Positions 26,401-40,400 of a DNA stretch of 64,000 nt are shown here, piece after piece (position 1 is the first letter of the stretch; each line of letters opens with the position of its first letter). Origin of the DNA: Auanema rhodensis (taxonomy: Eukaryota; Animalia; Nematoda); the NCBI GenBank assembly GCA_964057225.1, contig OZ059899.1, positions 19,282,001-19,346,000 on the forward strand, read 5' to 3'. The position numbers and the translations under genes are program-made. The notes under the pieces are model-generated. The model was not told the DNA's origin and did not search any database. It saw nothing but the letters and a program-made list of their open reading frames with translations.

Positions 26401-29400
26401 TCCATATTAGTCTAAAAACAATTTTTTACTGATATTGGTGCATGGTAACCATGATTTTGAAATTTACGTGAACTTTAATTTATGCTAATTAAACGTACAC
26501 GTGATGTGCACTTGGTATGTAACTCGCTTCACGTGAAAGATAAAGAGATGCGGTTTTTAAAATTAGATTCCCCATGTCCATATTAGTCTAAAAACAATTT
26601 TTTACTGATATTGGTGCATGGTAACCATGACTTTGAAATTTACGTGAACTTTAATTTATGCTAATTAAACGTACACGTGGTGTGCACTCGGTATGTAACT
26701 CGCTTCACGTGTAAGATAAAGAGATGCGGTTTTCAAAATTAGATTCCCCATGTCCATATTAGTCTAAAAACAAATTTTTATTGATATTGGTGCATGGTAA
26801 CCATGACTTTGAAATTTACGTGAACTTTAATTTATGCTAATTAAACGTACACGTGGTGTGCACTCGGTATGTAACTCGCTTCACGTGTAAGATAAAGAGA
26901 TGCGGTTTTCAAAATTAGATTCCCCATGTCCATATTAGTCTAAAAACAAATTTTTATTGATATTGGTGCATGGTAACCATGACTTTGAAATTTACGTGAA
27001 CTTTAATTTATGCTAATTAAACGTACACGTGGTGTGCACTCGGTATGTAACTCGCTTCACGTGTAAGATAAAGAGATGCGGTTTTCAAAATTAGATTCCC
27101 CATGTCCATATTAGTCTAAAAACAAATTTTTATTGATATTGGTGCATGGTAACCATGACTTTGAAATTTACGTGAACTTTAATTTATGCTAATTAAACGT
27201 ACACGTGGTGTGCACTCGGTATGTAACTCGCTTCACGTGTAAGATAAGGAGATGCGGTTTTCAAAATTAGATTCCCCATGTCCATATTAGTCTAAAAACA
27301 AATTTTTATTGATATTGGTGCATGGTAACCATGATTTTGAAATTTACGTGAACTTTAATTCATGCTAATTAAATGTACACGTGGTGTGCACTCGGTATGT
27401 AACTCGCTTCACGTGAAAGATGAAGAGATGCAGTTATCAAAATTAGATTCACCATGTCCATATTAGTCTAAAAACAATTTTTTACTGATATTGGTGCATG
27501 GTAACCATGATTTTGAAATTTACGTGAACTTTAATTTATGCTAATTAAACGTACACGTGATGTGCACTTGGTATGTAACTCGCTTCACGTGAAAGATAAA
27601 GAGATGCGGTTTTTAAAATTAGATTCCCCATGTCCATATTAGTCTAAAAACAATTTTTTACTGATATTGGTGCATGGTAACCATGATTTTGAAATTTACG
27701 TGAACTTTAATTTATGCTAATTAAACGTACACGTGGTGTGCACTCGGTATGTAACTCGCTTCACGTGAAAGATAAAGAGATGCGGTTTTCAAAATAAGAT
27801 TCCCCATGTCCATATTAGTCTAAAAACAATTTTTTATTGATATTGGTGCATGGTAACCATGACTTTGAAATTTACGTGAACTTTAATTTATGCTAATTAA
27901 ACGTACACGTGGTGTGCACTCGGTATGTAACTCGCTTCACGTGAAAGATAAAGAGATGCGGTTTTCAAAATTAGATTCCCCATGTCCATATTAGTCTAAA
28001 AACAAATTTTTTTTGATATTGGTGCATGGTAACCATGATTTTGAAATTTACGTGAACTTTAATTTATGCTAATTAAATGTACACGTGGTGTGCACTCGGT
28101 ATGTAACTCGCTTCACGTGAAAGATAAAGAGATGCGGTTTTCAAAATAAGATTCCCCATGTCCATATTAGTCTAAAAACAATTTTTTATTGATATTGGTG
28201 CATGGTAACCATGACTTTGAAATTTACGTGAACTTTAATTTATGCTAATTAAACGTACACGTGGTGTGCACTCGGTATGTAACTCGCTTCACGTGAAAGA
28301 TAAAGAGATGCGGTTTTCAAAATTAGATTCCCCATTTCCATATTAGTCTAAAAACAAATTTTTTTTGATATTGGTGCATGGTAACCATGATTTTGAAATT
28401 TACGTGAACTTTAATTTATGCTAATTAAATGTACACGTGGTGTGCACTCGGTATGTAACTCGCTTCACGTGAAAGATAAAGAGATGCGGTTTTCAAAATT
28501 AGATTCCCCATTTCCATATTAGTCTAAAAACAAATTTTTATTGATATTGGTGCATGGTAACCATGACTTTGAAATTTACGTGAACTTTAATTTATGCTAA
28601 TTAAACGTACACGTGGTGTGCACTCGGTATGTAACTCGCTTCACGTGTAAGATAAAGAGATGCGGTTTTCAAAATTAGATTCCCCATGTCCATATTAGTC
28701 TAAAAACAAATTTTTATTGATATTGGTGCATGGTAACCATGACTTTGAAATTTACGTGAACTTTAATTTATGCTAATTAAACGTACACGTGGTGTGCACT
28801 CGGTATGTAACTCGCTTCACGTGTAAGATAAAGATATGCGGTTTTCAAAATTAGATTCCCCATGTCCATATTAGTCTAAAAACAAATTTTTATTGATATT
28901 GGTGCATGGTAACCATGATTTTGAAATTTACGTGAACTTTAATTCATGTTAATTAAATGTACACGTGGTGTGCACTCGGTATGTAACTCGCTTCACGTGG
29001 AAGATAAAGAGATGCAGTTATCAAAATTAGATTCCCCATGTCCATATTAGTCTAAAAACAATTTTTTACTGATATTGGTGCATGGTAACCATGATTTTGA
29101 AATTTACGTGAACTTTAATTTATGCTAATTAAACGTACACGTGATGTGCACTTGGTATGTAACTCGCTTCACGTGAAAGATAAAGAGATGCGGTTTTTAA
29201 AATTAGATTCCCCATGTCCATATTAGTCTAAAAACAATTTTTTACTGATATTGGTGCATGGTAAACATGATTTTGAAATTTACGTGAACTTTAATTTATG
29301 CTAATTAAACGTACACGTGATGTGCACTTGGTATGTAACTCGCTTCACGTGAAAGATAAAGAGATGCGGTTTTTAAAATTAGATTCCCCATGTCCATATT

Positions 29401-32400
29401 AGTCTAAAAACAATTTTTTACTGATATTGGTGCAAGGTAACCATGACTTTGAAATTTACGTGAACTTTAATTTATGCTAATTAAACGTACACGTGGTGTG
29501 CACTCGGTATGTAACTCGCTTCACGTGAAAGATAAAGAGATGCGGTTTTCAAAATTAGATTCCCCATGTCCATATTAGTCTAAAAACAAATTTTTTTTGA
29601 TATTGGTGCATGGTAACCATGATTTTGAAATTTACGTGAACTTTAATTTATGCTAATTAAATGTACACGTGGTGTGCACTCGGTATGTAACTCGCTTCAC
29701 GTGAAAGATAAAGAGATGCGGTTTTCAAAATTAGATTCCCCATTTCCATATTAGTCTAAAAACAAATTTTTATTGATATTGGTGCATGGTAACCATGACT
29801 TTGAAATTTACGTGAACTTTAATTTATGCTAATTAAATGTACACGTGGTGTACACTCGGTATGTAACTCGCTTCACGTGGAAGATAAAGAGATGCGGTTT
29901 TCAAAATTAGATTCCCCATGTCCATATTAGTCTAAAAACAAATTTTTATTGATATTGGTGCATGGTAACCATGACTTTGAAATTTACGTGAACTTTAATT
30001 TATGCTAATTAAACGTACACGTGGTGTGCACTCGGTATGTAACTCGCTTCACGTGTAAGATAAGGAGATGCGGTTTTCAAAATTAGATTCCCCATGTCCA
30101 TATTAGTCTAAAAACAAATTTTTATTGATATTGGTGCATGGTAACCATGATTTTGAAATTTACGTGAACTTTAATTCATGCTAATTAAATGTACACGTGG
30201 TGTGCACTCGGTATGTAACTCGCTTCACGTGAAAGATGAAGAGATGCAGTTATCAAAATTAGATTCACCATGTCCATATTAGTCTAAAAACAATTTTTTA
30301 CTGATATTGGTGCATGGTAACCATGATTTTGAAATTTACGTGAACTTTAATTTATGCTAATTAAACGTACACGTGATGTGCACTTGGTATGTAACTCGCT
30401 TCACGTGAAAGATAAAGAGATGCGGTTTTTAAAATTAGATTCCCCATGTCCATATTAGTCTAAAAACAATTTTTTACTGATATTGGTGCATGGTAACCAT
30501 GATTTTGAAATTTACGTGAACTTTAATTTATGCTAATTAAACGTACACGTGGTGTGCACTCGGTATGTAACTCGCTTCACGTGAAAGATAAAGAGATGCG
30601 GTTTTCAAAATTAGATTCCCCATGTCCATATTAGTCTAAAAACAATTTTTTATTGATATTGGTGCATGGTAACCATGAGTTTGAAATTTACGTGAACTTT
30701 AATTTATGCTAATTAAACGTACACGTGGTGTGCACTCGGTATGTAACTCGCTTCACGTGAAAGATAAAGAGATGCGGTTTTCAAAATTAGATTCCCCATG
30801 TCCATATTAGTCTAAAAACAAATTTTTTTTGATATTGGTGCATGGTAACCATGATTTTGAAATTTACGTGAACTTTAATTTATGCTAATTAAATGTACAC
30901 GTGGTGTGCACTCGGTATGTAACTCGCTTCACGTGAAAGATAAAGAGATGCGGTTTTCAAAATTAGATTCCCCATTTCCATATTAGTCTAAAAACAAATT
31001 TTTATTGATATTGGTGCATGGTAACCATGACTTTGAAATTTACGTGAACTTTAATTTATGCTAATTAAACGTACACGTGGTGTGCACTCGGTATGTAACT
31101 CGCTTCACGTGTAAGATAAAGAGATGCGGTTTTCAAAATTAGATTCCCCATGTCCATATTAGTCTAAAAACAAATTTTTATTGATATTGGTGCATGGTAA
31201 CCATGACTTTGAAATTTACGTGAACTTTAATTTATGCTAATTAAACGTACACGTGGTGTGCACTCGGTATGTAACTCGCTTCACGTGTAAGATAAAGATA
31301 TGCGGTTTTCAAAATTAGATTCCCCATGTCCATATTAGTCTAAAAACAAATTTTTATTGATATTGGTGCATGGTAACCATGATTTTGAAATTTACGTGAA
31401 CTTTAATTCATGTTAATTAAATGTACACGTGGTGTGCACTCGGTATGTAACTCGCTTCACGTGGAAGATAAAGAGATGCAGTTATCAAAATTAGATTCCC
31501 CATGTCCATATTAGTCTAAAAACAATTTTTTACTGATATTGGTGCATGGTAACCATGATTTTGAAATTTACGTGAACTTTAATTTATGCTAATTAAACGT
31601 ACACGTGATGTGCACTTGGTATGTAACTCGCTTCACGTGAAAGATAAAGAGATGCGGTTTTTAAAACTAGATTCCCCATGTCCATATTAGTCTAAAAACA
31701 ATTTTTTACTGATATTGGTGCATGGTAAACATGATTTTGAAATTTACGTGAACTTTAATTTATGCTAATTAAACGTACACGTGGTGTGCACTCGGTATGT
31801 AACTCGCTTCACGTGAAAGATAAAGAGATGCGGTTTTCAAACTTAGATTCCCCATGTCCATATTAGTCTAAAAACAAATTTTTATTGATATTGGTGCATG
31901 GTAACCATGACTTTGAAATTTACGTGAACTTTAATTTATGCTAATTAAACGTACACGTGGTGTGCACTCGGTATGTAACTCGCTTCACGTGAAAGATAAA
32001 GAGATGCGGTTTTCAAAATTAGATTCCCCATGTCTATATTAGTCTAAAAACAAATTTTTTTTGATATTGGTGCATGGTAACCATGATTTTGAAAATTACG
32101 TGAACTTTAATTTATGCTAATTAAACGTACACGTGGTGTGCACTCGGTATGTAACTCGCTTCACGTGAAAGATAAAGAGATGCGGTTTTCAAAATTAGAT
32201 TCCCCATTTCCATATTAGTCTAAAAACAAATTTTTATTGATATTGGTGCATGGTAACCATGACTTTGAAATTTACGTGAACTTTAATTTATGCTAATTAA
32301 ACGTACACGTGGTGTGCACTCGGTAAGTAACTCGCTTCACGTGTAAGATAAAGAGATGCGGTTTTCAAAATTAGATTCCCCATGTCCATATTAGTCTAAA

Positions 32401-32522
32401 AACAAATTTTTATTGATATTGGTGCATGGTAACCATGACTTTGAAATTTACGTGAACTTTAATTTATGCTAATTAAACGTACACGTGGTGTGCACTCGGT
32501 ATGTAACTCGCTTCACGTGTAA
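20420..32522. repeat. Higher-order duplication, 37-monomer (6512 bp) offset, about 32 monomers matching
   Basis: GATAAGGAG 20736/27248, AAATAAGATT 21283/27795, GGTGTACAC 23340/29852, CCATGAGTTT 24167/30679, AAAACTAGA 25155/31667. Confidence 0.93.
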
Positions 32523-35180
32523 GATAAAGATATGCGGTTTTCTAAATTAGATTCCCCATGTCCATATTAGTCTAAAAACAAATTTTTATTGATATTGGTG
32601 CATGGTAACCATGATTTTGAAATTTACGTGAACTTTAATTTATGCTAATTAAACGTACACGTGGTGTGCACTCGGTATGTAACTCGCTTCACGTGAAAGA
32701 TAAAGATATGCGGTTTTCAAAATTAGATTCCCCATGTCCATATTAGTCTAAAAACAAATTTTTATTGATATTGGTGCATGGTAACCATGATTTTGAAATT
32801 TACGTGAACTTTAATTTATGCTAATTAAACGTACACGTGGTGTGCACTCGGTATGTAACTTGCTTCACGTGAAAGATAAAGAGATGCGGTTTTCAAAATT
32901 AGATTCCCCATGTCCATATTAGTCTAAAAACAATTTTTTACTGATATTGGTGCATGGTAACCATGATTTTGAAATTTACGTGAACTTTAATTTATGCTAA
33001 TTAAACGTACACGTGATGTGCACTTGGTATGTAACTCGCTTCACGTGAAAGATAAAGAGATGCGGTTTTCAAAATTAGATTCCCCATTTCCATATTAGTC
33101 TAAAAACAAATTTTTATTGATATTGGTGCATGGTAACCATGACTTTGAAATTTACGTGAACTTTAATTTATGCTAATTAAACGTACACGTGGTGTGCACT
33201 CGGTATGTAACTCGCTTCACGTGTAAGATAAAGAGATGCGGTTTTCAAAATTAGATTCCCCATGTCCATATTAGTCTAAAAACAAATTTTTATTGATATT
33301 GGTGCATGGTAACCATGACTTTGAAATTTACGTGAACTTTAATTTATGCTAATTAAACGTACACGTGGTGTGCACTCGGTATGTAACTCGCTTCACGTGT
33401 AAGATAAAGATATGCGGTTTTCAAAATTAGATTCCCCATGTCCATATTAGTCTAAAAACAAATTTTTATTGATATTGGTGCATGGTAACCATGATTTTGA
33501 AATTTACGTGAACTTTAATTCATGTTAATTAAATGTACACGTGGTGTGCACTCGGTATGTAACTCGCTTCACGTGGAAGATAAAGAGATGCAGTTATCAA
33601 AATTAGATTCCCCATGTCCATATTAGTCTAAAAACAATTTTTTACTGATATTGGTGCATGGTAACCATGATTTTGAAATTTACGTGAACTTTAATTTATG
33701 CTAATTAAACGTACACGTGATGTGCACTTGGTATGTAACTCGCTTCACGTGAAAGATAAAGAGATGCGGTTTTTAAAACTAGATTCCCCATGTCCATATT
33801 AGTCTAAAAACAATTTTTTACTGATATTGGTGCATGGTAAACATGATTTTGAAATTTACGTGAACTTTAATTTATGCTAATTAAACGTACACGTGGTGTG
33901 CACTCGGTATGTAACTCGCTTCACGTGAAAGATAAAGAGATGCGGTTTTCAAAATTAGATTCCCCATGTCCATATTAGTCTAAAAACAAATTTTTATTGA
34001 TATTGGTGCATGGTAACCATGACTTTGAAATTTACGTGAACTTTAATTTATGCTAATTAAACGTACACGTGGTGTGCACTCGGTATGTAACTCGCTTCAC
34101 GTGAAAGATAAAGAGATGCGGTTTTCAAAATTAGATTCCCCATGTCTATATTAGTCTAAAAACAAATTTTTTTTGATATTGGTGCATGGTAACCATGATT
34201 TTGAAAATTACGTGAACTTTAATTTATGCTAATTAAACGTACACGTGGTGAGCACTCGGTATGTAACTCGCTTCACGTGAAAGATAAAGAGATGCGGTTT
34301 TCAAAATTAGATTCCCCATTTCCATATTAGTCTAAAAACAAATTTTTATTGATATTGGTGCATGGTAACCATGACTTTGAAATTTACGTGAACTTTAATT
34401 TATGCTAATTAAACGTACACGTGGTGTGCACTCGGTATGTAACTCGCTTCACGTGTAAGATAAAGAGATGCGGTTTTCAAAATTAGATTCCCCATGTCCA
34501 TATTAGTCTAAAAACAAATTTTTATTGATATTGGTGCATGGTAACCATGACTTTGAAATTTACGTGAACTTTAATTTATGCTAATTAAACGTACACGTGG
34601 TGTGCACTCGGTATGTAACTCGCTTCACGTGTAAGATAAAGATATGCGGTTTTCAAAATTAGATTCCCCATGTCCATATTAGTCTAAAAACAAATTTTTA
34701 TTGATATTGGTGCATGGTAACCATGATTTTGAAATTTACGTGAACTTTAATTTATGCTAATTAAACGTACACGTGGTGTGCACTCGGTATGTAACTCGCT
34801 TCACGTGAAAGATAAAGATATGCGGTTTTCAAAATTAGATTCCCCATGTCCATATTAGTCTAAAAACAAATTTTTATTGATATTGGTGCATGGTAACCAT
34901 GATTTTGAAATTTACGTGAACTTTAATTTATGCTAATTAAACGTACACGTGGTGTGCACTCGGTATGTAACTTGCTTCACGTGAAAGATAAAGAGATGCG
35001 GTTTTCAAAATTAGATTCCCCATGTCCATATTAGTCTAAAAACAATTTTTTACTGATATTGGTGCATGGTAACCATGATTTTGAAATTTACGTGAACTTT
35101 AATTTATGCTAATTAAACGTACACGTGATGTGCACTTGGTATGTAACTCGCTTCACGTGAAAGATAAAGAGATGCGGTTT
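30960..35180. repeat. 12-monomer (2112 bp) tandem duplication
   Basis: CCATTTCC 30976/33088, AAAACTAGA 31667/33779, AACTTGCTT 32861/34973. Confidence 0.9.
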
Positions 35181-38100
35181 TTAAAATTAGATTCCCCATG
35201 TCCATATTAGTCTAAAAACAATTTTTTACTGATATTGGTGCATGGTAACCATGATTTTGAAATTTACGTGAACTTTAATTTATGCTAATTAAACGTACAC
35301 GTGATGTGCACTCGGTATGTAACTCGCTTCACGTGAAAGATAAAGAGATGCGGTTTTCAAAATTAGATTCCCCATGTCCATATTAGTCTAAAAACAAATT
35401 TTTATTGATATTGGTGCATGGTAACCATGACTTTGAAATTTACGTGAACTTCAATTTATGCTAATTAAACGTACACGTGGTGTGCACTCGGTATGTAACT
35501 CGCTTCACGTGGAAGATAAAGAGATGCAGTTATCAAAATTAGATTCCCCATGTCCATATTAGTCTAAAAACAAATTTTTATTGATATTGGTGCATGGTAA
35601 CCATGATTTTGAAATTTACGTGAACTTTAATTCATGTTAATTAAATGTACACGTGGTGTGCACTCGGTATGTAACTCGCTTCACGTGTAAGATAAAGATA
35701 TTCGGTTTTCAAAATTAGATTCCCCATGTCCATATTAGTCTAAAAACAAATTTTTATTGATATTGGTGCATGGTAACCATGATTTTGAAATTTACGTGAA
35801 CTTTAATTCATGTTAATTAAATGTACACGTGGTGTGCACTCGGTATGTAACTCGCTTCACGTGGAAGATAAAGAGATGCAGTTATCAAAATTAGATTCCC
35901 CATGTCCATATTAGTCTAAAAACAATTTTTTACTGATATTGGTGCATGGTAACCATGATTTTGAAATTTACGTGAACTTTAATTTATGCTAATTAAACGT
36001 ACACGTGATGTGCACTTGGTATGTAACTCGCTTCACGTGAAAGATAAAGAGATGCGGTTTTTAAAATTAGATTCCCCATGTCCATATTAGTCTAAAAACA
36101 ATTTTTTACTGATATTGGTGCATGGTAAACATGATTTTGAAATTTACGTGAACTTTAATTTATGCTAATTAAACGTACACGTGGTGTGCACTCGGTATGT
36201 AACTCGCTTTACGTGAAAGATAAAGAGATGCGGTTTTCAAAATTAGATTCCACATGTCCATATTAGTCCAAAAACAAATTTTTATTGATATTGGTGCATG
36301 GTAACCATGACTTTGAAATTTACGTGAACTTTAATTTATGCTAATTAAACGTACACGTGGTGTGCACTCGGTATGTAACTCGCTTCACGTGAAAGATAAA
36401 GAGATGCGGTTTTCAAAATTAGATTCCCCATGTCTATATTAGTCTAAAAACAAATTTTTTTTGATATTGGTGCATGGTAACCATGATTTTGAAAATTACG
36501 TGAACTTTAATTTATGCTAATTAAACGTACACGTGGTGTGCACTCGGTATGTAACTCGCTTCACGTGAAAGATAAAGAGATGCGGTTTTCAAAATTAGAT
36601 TCCCCATTTCCATATTAGTCTAAAAACAAATTTTTATTGATATTGGTGCATGGTAACCATGACTTTGAAATTTACGTGAACTTTAATTTATGCTAATTAA
36701 ACGTACACGTGGTGTGCACTCGGTATGTAACTCGCTTCACGTGTAAGATAAAGAGATGCGGTTTTCAAAATTAGATTCCCCATGTCCATATTAGTCTAAA
36801 AACAAATTTTTATTGATATTGGTGCATGGTAACCATGACTTTGAAATTTACGTGAACTTTAATTTATGCTAATTAAACGTACACGTGGTGTGCACTCGGT
36901 ATGTAACTCGCTTCACGTGTAAGATAAAGATATGCGGTTTTCAAAATTAGATTCCCCATGTCCATATTAGTCTAAAAACAAATTTTTATTGATATTGGTG
37001 CATGGTAACCATGATTTTGAAATTTACGTGAACTTTAATTCATGTTAATTAAATGTACACGTGGTGTGCACTCGGTATGTAACTCGCTTCACGTGGAAGA
37101 TAAAGAGATGCAGTTATCAAAATTAGATTCCCCATGTCCATATTAGTCTAAAAACAATTTTTTACTGATATTGGTGCATGGTAACCATGATTTTGAAATT
37201 TACGTGAACTTTAATTTATGCTAATTAAACGTACACGTGGTGTGCTCTCGGTATGTAACTCGCTTCACGTGAAAGATAAAGAGATGCGGTTTTCAAAATT
37301 AGATTCCCCATGTCCATATTAGTCTAAAAACAAATTTTTATTGATATTGGTGCATGGTAACCATGACTTTGAAATTTACGTGAACTTTAATTTATGCTAA
37401 TTAAACGTACACGTGGTGTGCACTCGGTATGTAACTCGCTTCACGTGAAAGATAAAGAGATGCGGTTTTCAAAATTAGATTCCCCATGTCTATATTAGTC
37501 TAAAAACAAATTTTTTTTGATATTGGTGCATGGTAACCATGATTTTGAAAATTACGTGAACTTTAATTTATGCTAATTAAACGTACACGTGGTGTGCACT
37601 CGGTATGTAACTCGCTTCACGTGAAAGATAAAGAGATGCGGTTTTCAAAATTAGATTCCCCATTTCCATATTAGTCTAAAAACAAATTTTTATTGATATT
37701 GGTGCATGGTAACCATGACTTTGAAATTTACGTGAACTTTAATTTATGCTAATTAAACGTACACGTGGTGTGCACTCGGTATGTAACTCGCTTCACGTGT
37801 AAGATAAAGAGATGCGGTTTTCAAAATTAGATTCCCCATGTCCATATTAGTCTAAAAACAAATTTTTATTGATATTGGTGCATGGTAACCATGACTTTGA
37901 AATTTACGTGAACTTTAATTTATGCTAATTAAACGTACACGTGGTGTGCACTCGGTATGTAACTCGCTTCACGTGTAAGATAAAGATATGCGGTTTTCAA
38001 AATTAGATTCCCCATGTCCATATTAGTCTAAAAACAAATTTTTATTGATATTGGTGCATGGTAACCATGATTTTGAAATTTACGTGAACTTTAATTCAAG

Positions 38101-38543
38101 TTAATTAAATGTACACGTGGTGTGCACTCGGTATGTAACTCGCTTCACGTGGAAGATAAAGAGATGCAGTTATCAAAATTAGATTCCCCATGTCCATATT
38201 AGTCTAAAAACAATTTTTTACTGATATTGGTGCATGGTAACCATGATTTTGAAATTTACGTGAACTTTAATTTATGCTAATTAAACGTACACGTGATGTG
38301 CACTTGGTATGTAACTCGCTTCACGTGAAAGATAAAGAGATGCGGTTTTTAAAATTAGATTCCCCATGTCCATATTAGTCTAAAAACAATTTTTTACTGA
38401 TATTGGTGCATGGTAACCATGATTTTGAAATTTACGTGAACTTTAATTTATGCTAATTAAACGTACACGTGGTGTGCACTCGGTATGTAACTCGCTTCAC
38501 GTGAAAGATAAAGAGATGCGGTTTTCAAAATTAGATTCCCCAT

Positions 38544-40400
38544 GTCCATATTAGTCTAAAAACAAATTTTTATTGATATTGGTGCATGGTAACCATGACT
38601 TTGAAATTTACGTGAACTTTAATTTATGCTAATTAAACGTACACGTGGTGTGCACTCGGTATGTAACTCGCTTCACGTGAAAGATAAAGAGATGCGGTTT
38701 TCAAAATTAGATTCCCCATGTCCATATTAGTCTAAAAACAATTTTTTATTGATATTGGTGCATGGTAACCATGACTTTGAAATTTACGTGAACTTTAATT
38801 TATGCTACATAAATGTACACGTGATGTGCACTTGGTATGTAACTCGCTTCACGTGAAAGATAAAAAGATGCAGTTTTTAAAATTAGATTCCCCATGTCCA
38901 TATTAGTCTAAAAACAATTTTTTACTGATATTGGTGCATGGTAACCATAACTTTGAAATTTACGTGAACTTTAATTTATGCTTATTAAACGTACACGTGG
39001 TGTGCAATCGGTATGTAACTCGCTTCACGTGAAAGATAAAGAGATGCAGTTATCAAAATTAGATTCCCCATGTCCATATTAGTCTAAAAACAAATTTTTA
39101 TTGATATTGGTGCATGGTAACCATGACTTTGAAATTTACGTGAACTTTAATTTATGCTAATTAAATGTACACGTGGTGTGCACTCGGTATGTAACTCGCT
39201 TCACGTGAAAGATAAAGAGATGCGGTTTTTAAAATTAGATTCCCCATGTCCATATTAGTCTAAAAACAAATTTTTATTGATATTGGTGCATGGTAACCAT
39301 GACTTTGAAATTTACGTGAACTTTAATTTATGCTAATTAAATGTACACGTGGTGTGCACTCGGTATGTAACTCGCTTCACGTGAAAGATAAAGAGATGCA
39401 GTTATCAAAATTAGATTCCCCATGTCCATATTAGTCTAAAAACAAATTTTTATTGATATTGGTGCATGGTAACCATGACTTTGAAATTTACGTGAACTTT
39501 AATTTATGCTAATTAAACGTACACGTGGTGTGCACTCGGTATGTAACTCGCTTCACGTGAAAGATAAAGAGATGCGGTTTTCAAAATTAGATTCCCCATG
39601 TCCATATTAGTCTAAAAACAATTTTTTATTGATATTGGTGCATGGTAACCATGACTTTGAAATTTACGTGAACTTTAATTTATGCTACATAAATGTACAC
39701 GTGATGTGCACTTGGTATGTAACTCGCTTCACGTGAAAGATAAAAAGATGCAGTTTTTAAAATTAGATTCCCCATGTCCATATTAGTCTAAAAACAATTT
39801 TTTACTGATATTGGTGCATGGTAACCATAACTTTGAAATTTACGTGAACTTTAATTTATGCTTATTAAACGTACACGTGGTGTGCAATCGGTATGTAACT
39901 CGCTTCACGTGAAAGATAAAGAGATGCAGTTATCAAAATTAGATTCCCCATGTCCATATTAGTCTAAAAACAAATTTTTATTGATATTGGTGCATGGTAA
40001 CCATGACTTTGAAATTTACGTGAACTTTAATTTATGCTAATTAAATGTACACGTGGTGTGCACTCGGTATGTAACTCGCTTCACGTGAAAGATAAAGAGA
40101 TGCGGTTTTTAAAATTAGATTCCCCATGTCCATATTAGTCTAAAAACAAATTTTTATTGATATTGGTGCATGGTAACCATGACTTTGAAATTTACGTGAA
40201 CTTTAATTTATGCTAATTAAATGTACACGTGGTGTGCACTCGGTATGTAACTCGCTTCACGTGAAAGATAAAGAGATGCAGTTATCAAAATTAGATTCCC
40301 CATGTCCATATTAGTCTAAAAACAAATTTTTATTGATATTGGTGCATGGTAACCATGACTTTGAAATTTACGTGAACTTTAATTTATGCTAATTAAACGT
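38544..40400. repeat. 5-monomer (880 bp) tandem duplication
   Basis: GTGCAATCG at 39007/39887. CCATAAC, GCTTATTA and GCTACATAAA also pair at 880 bp. Confidence 0.9.
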
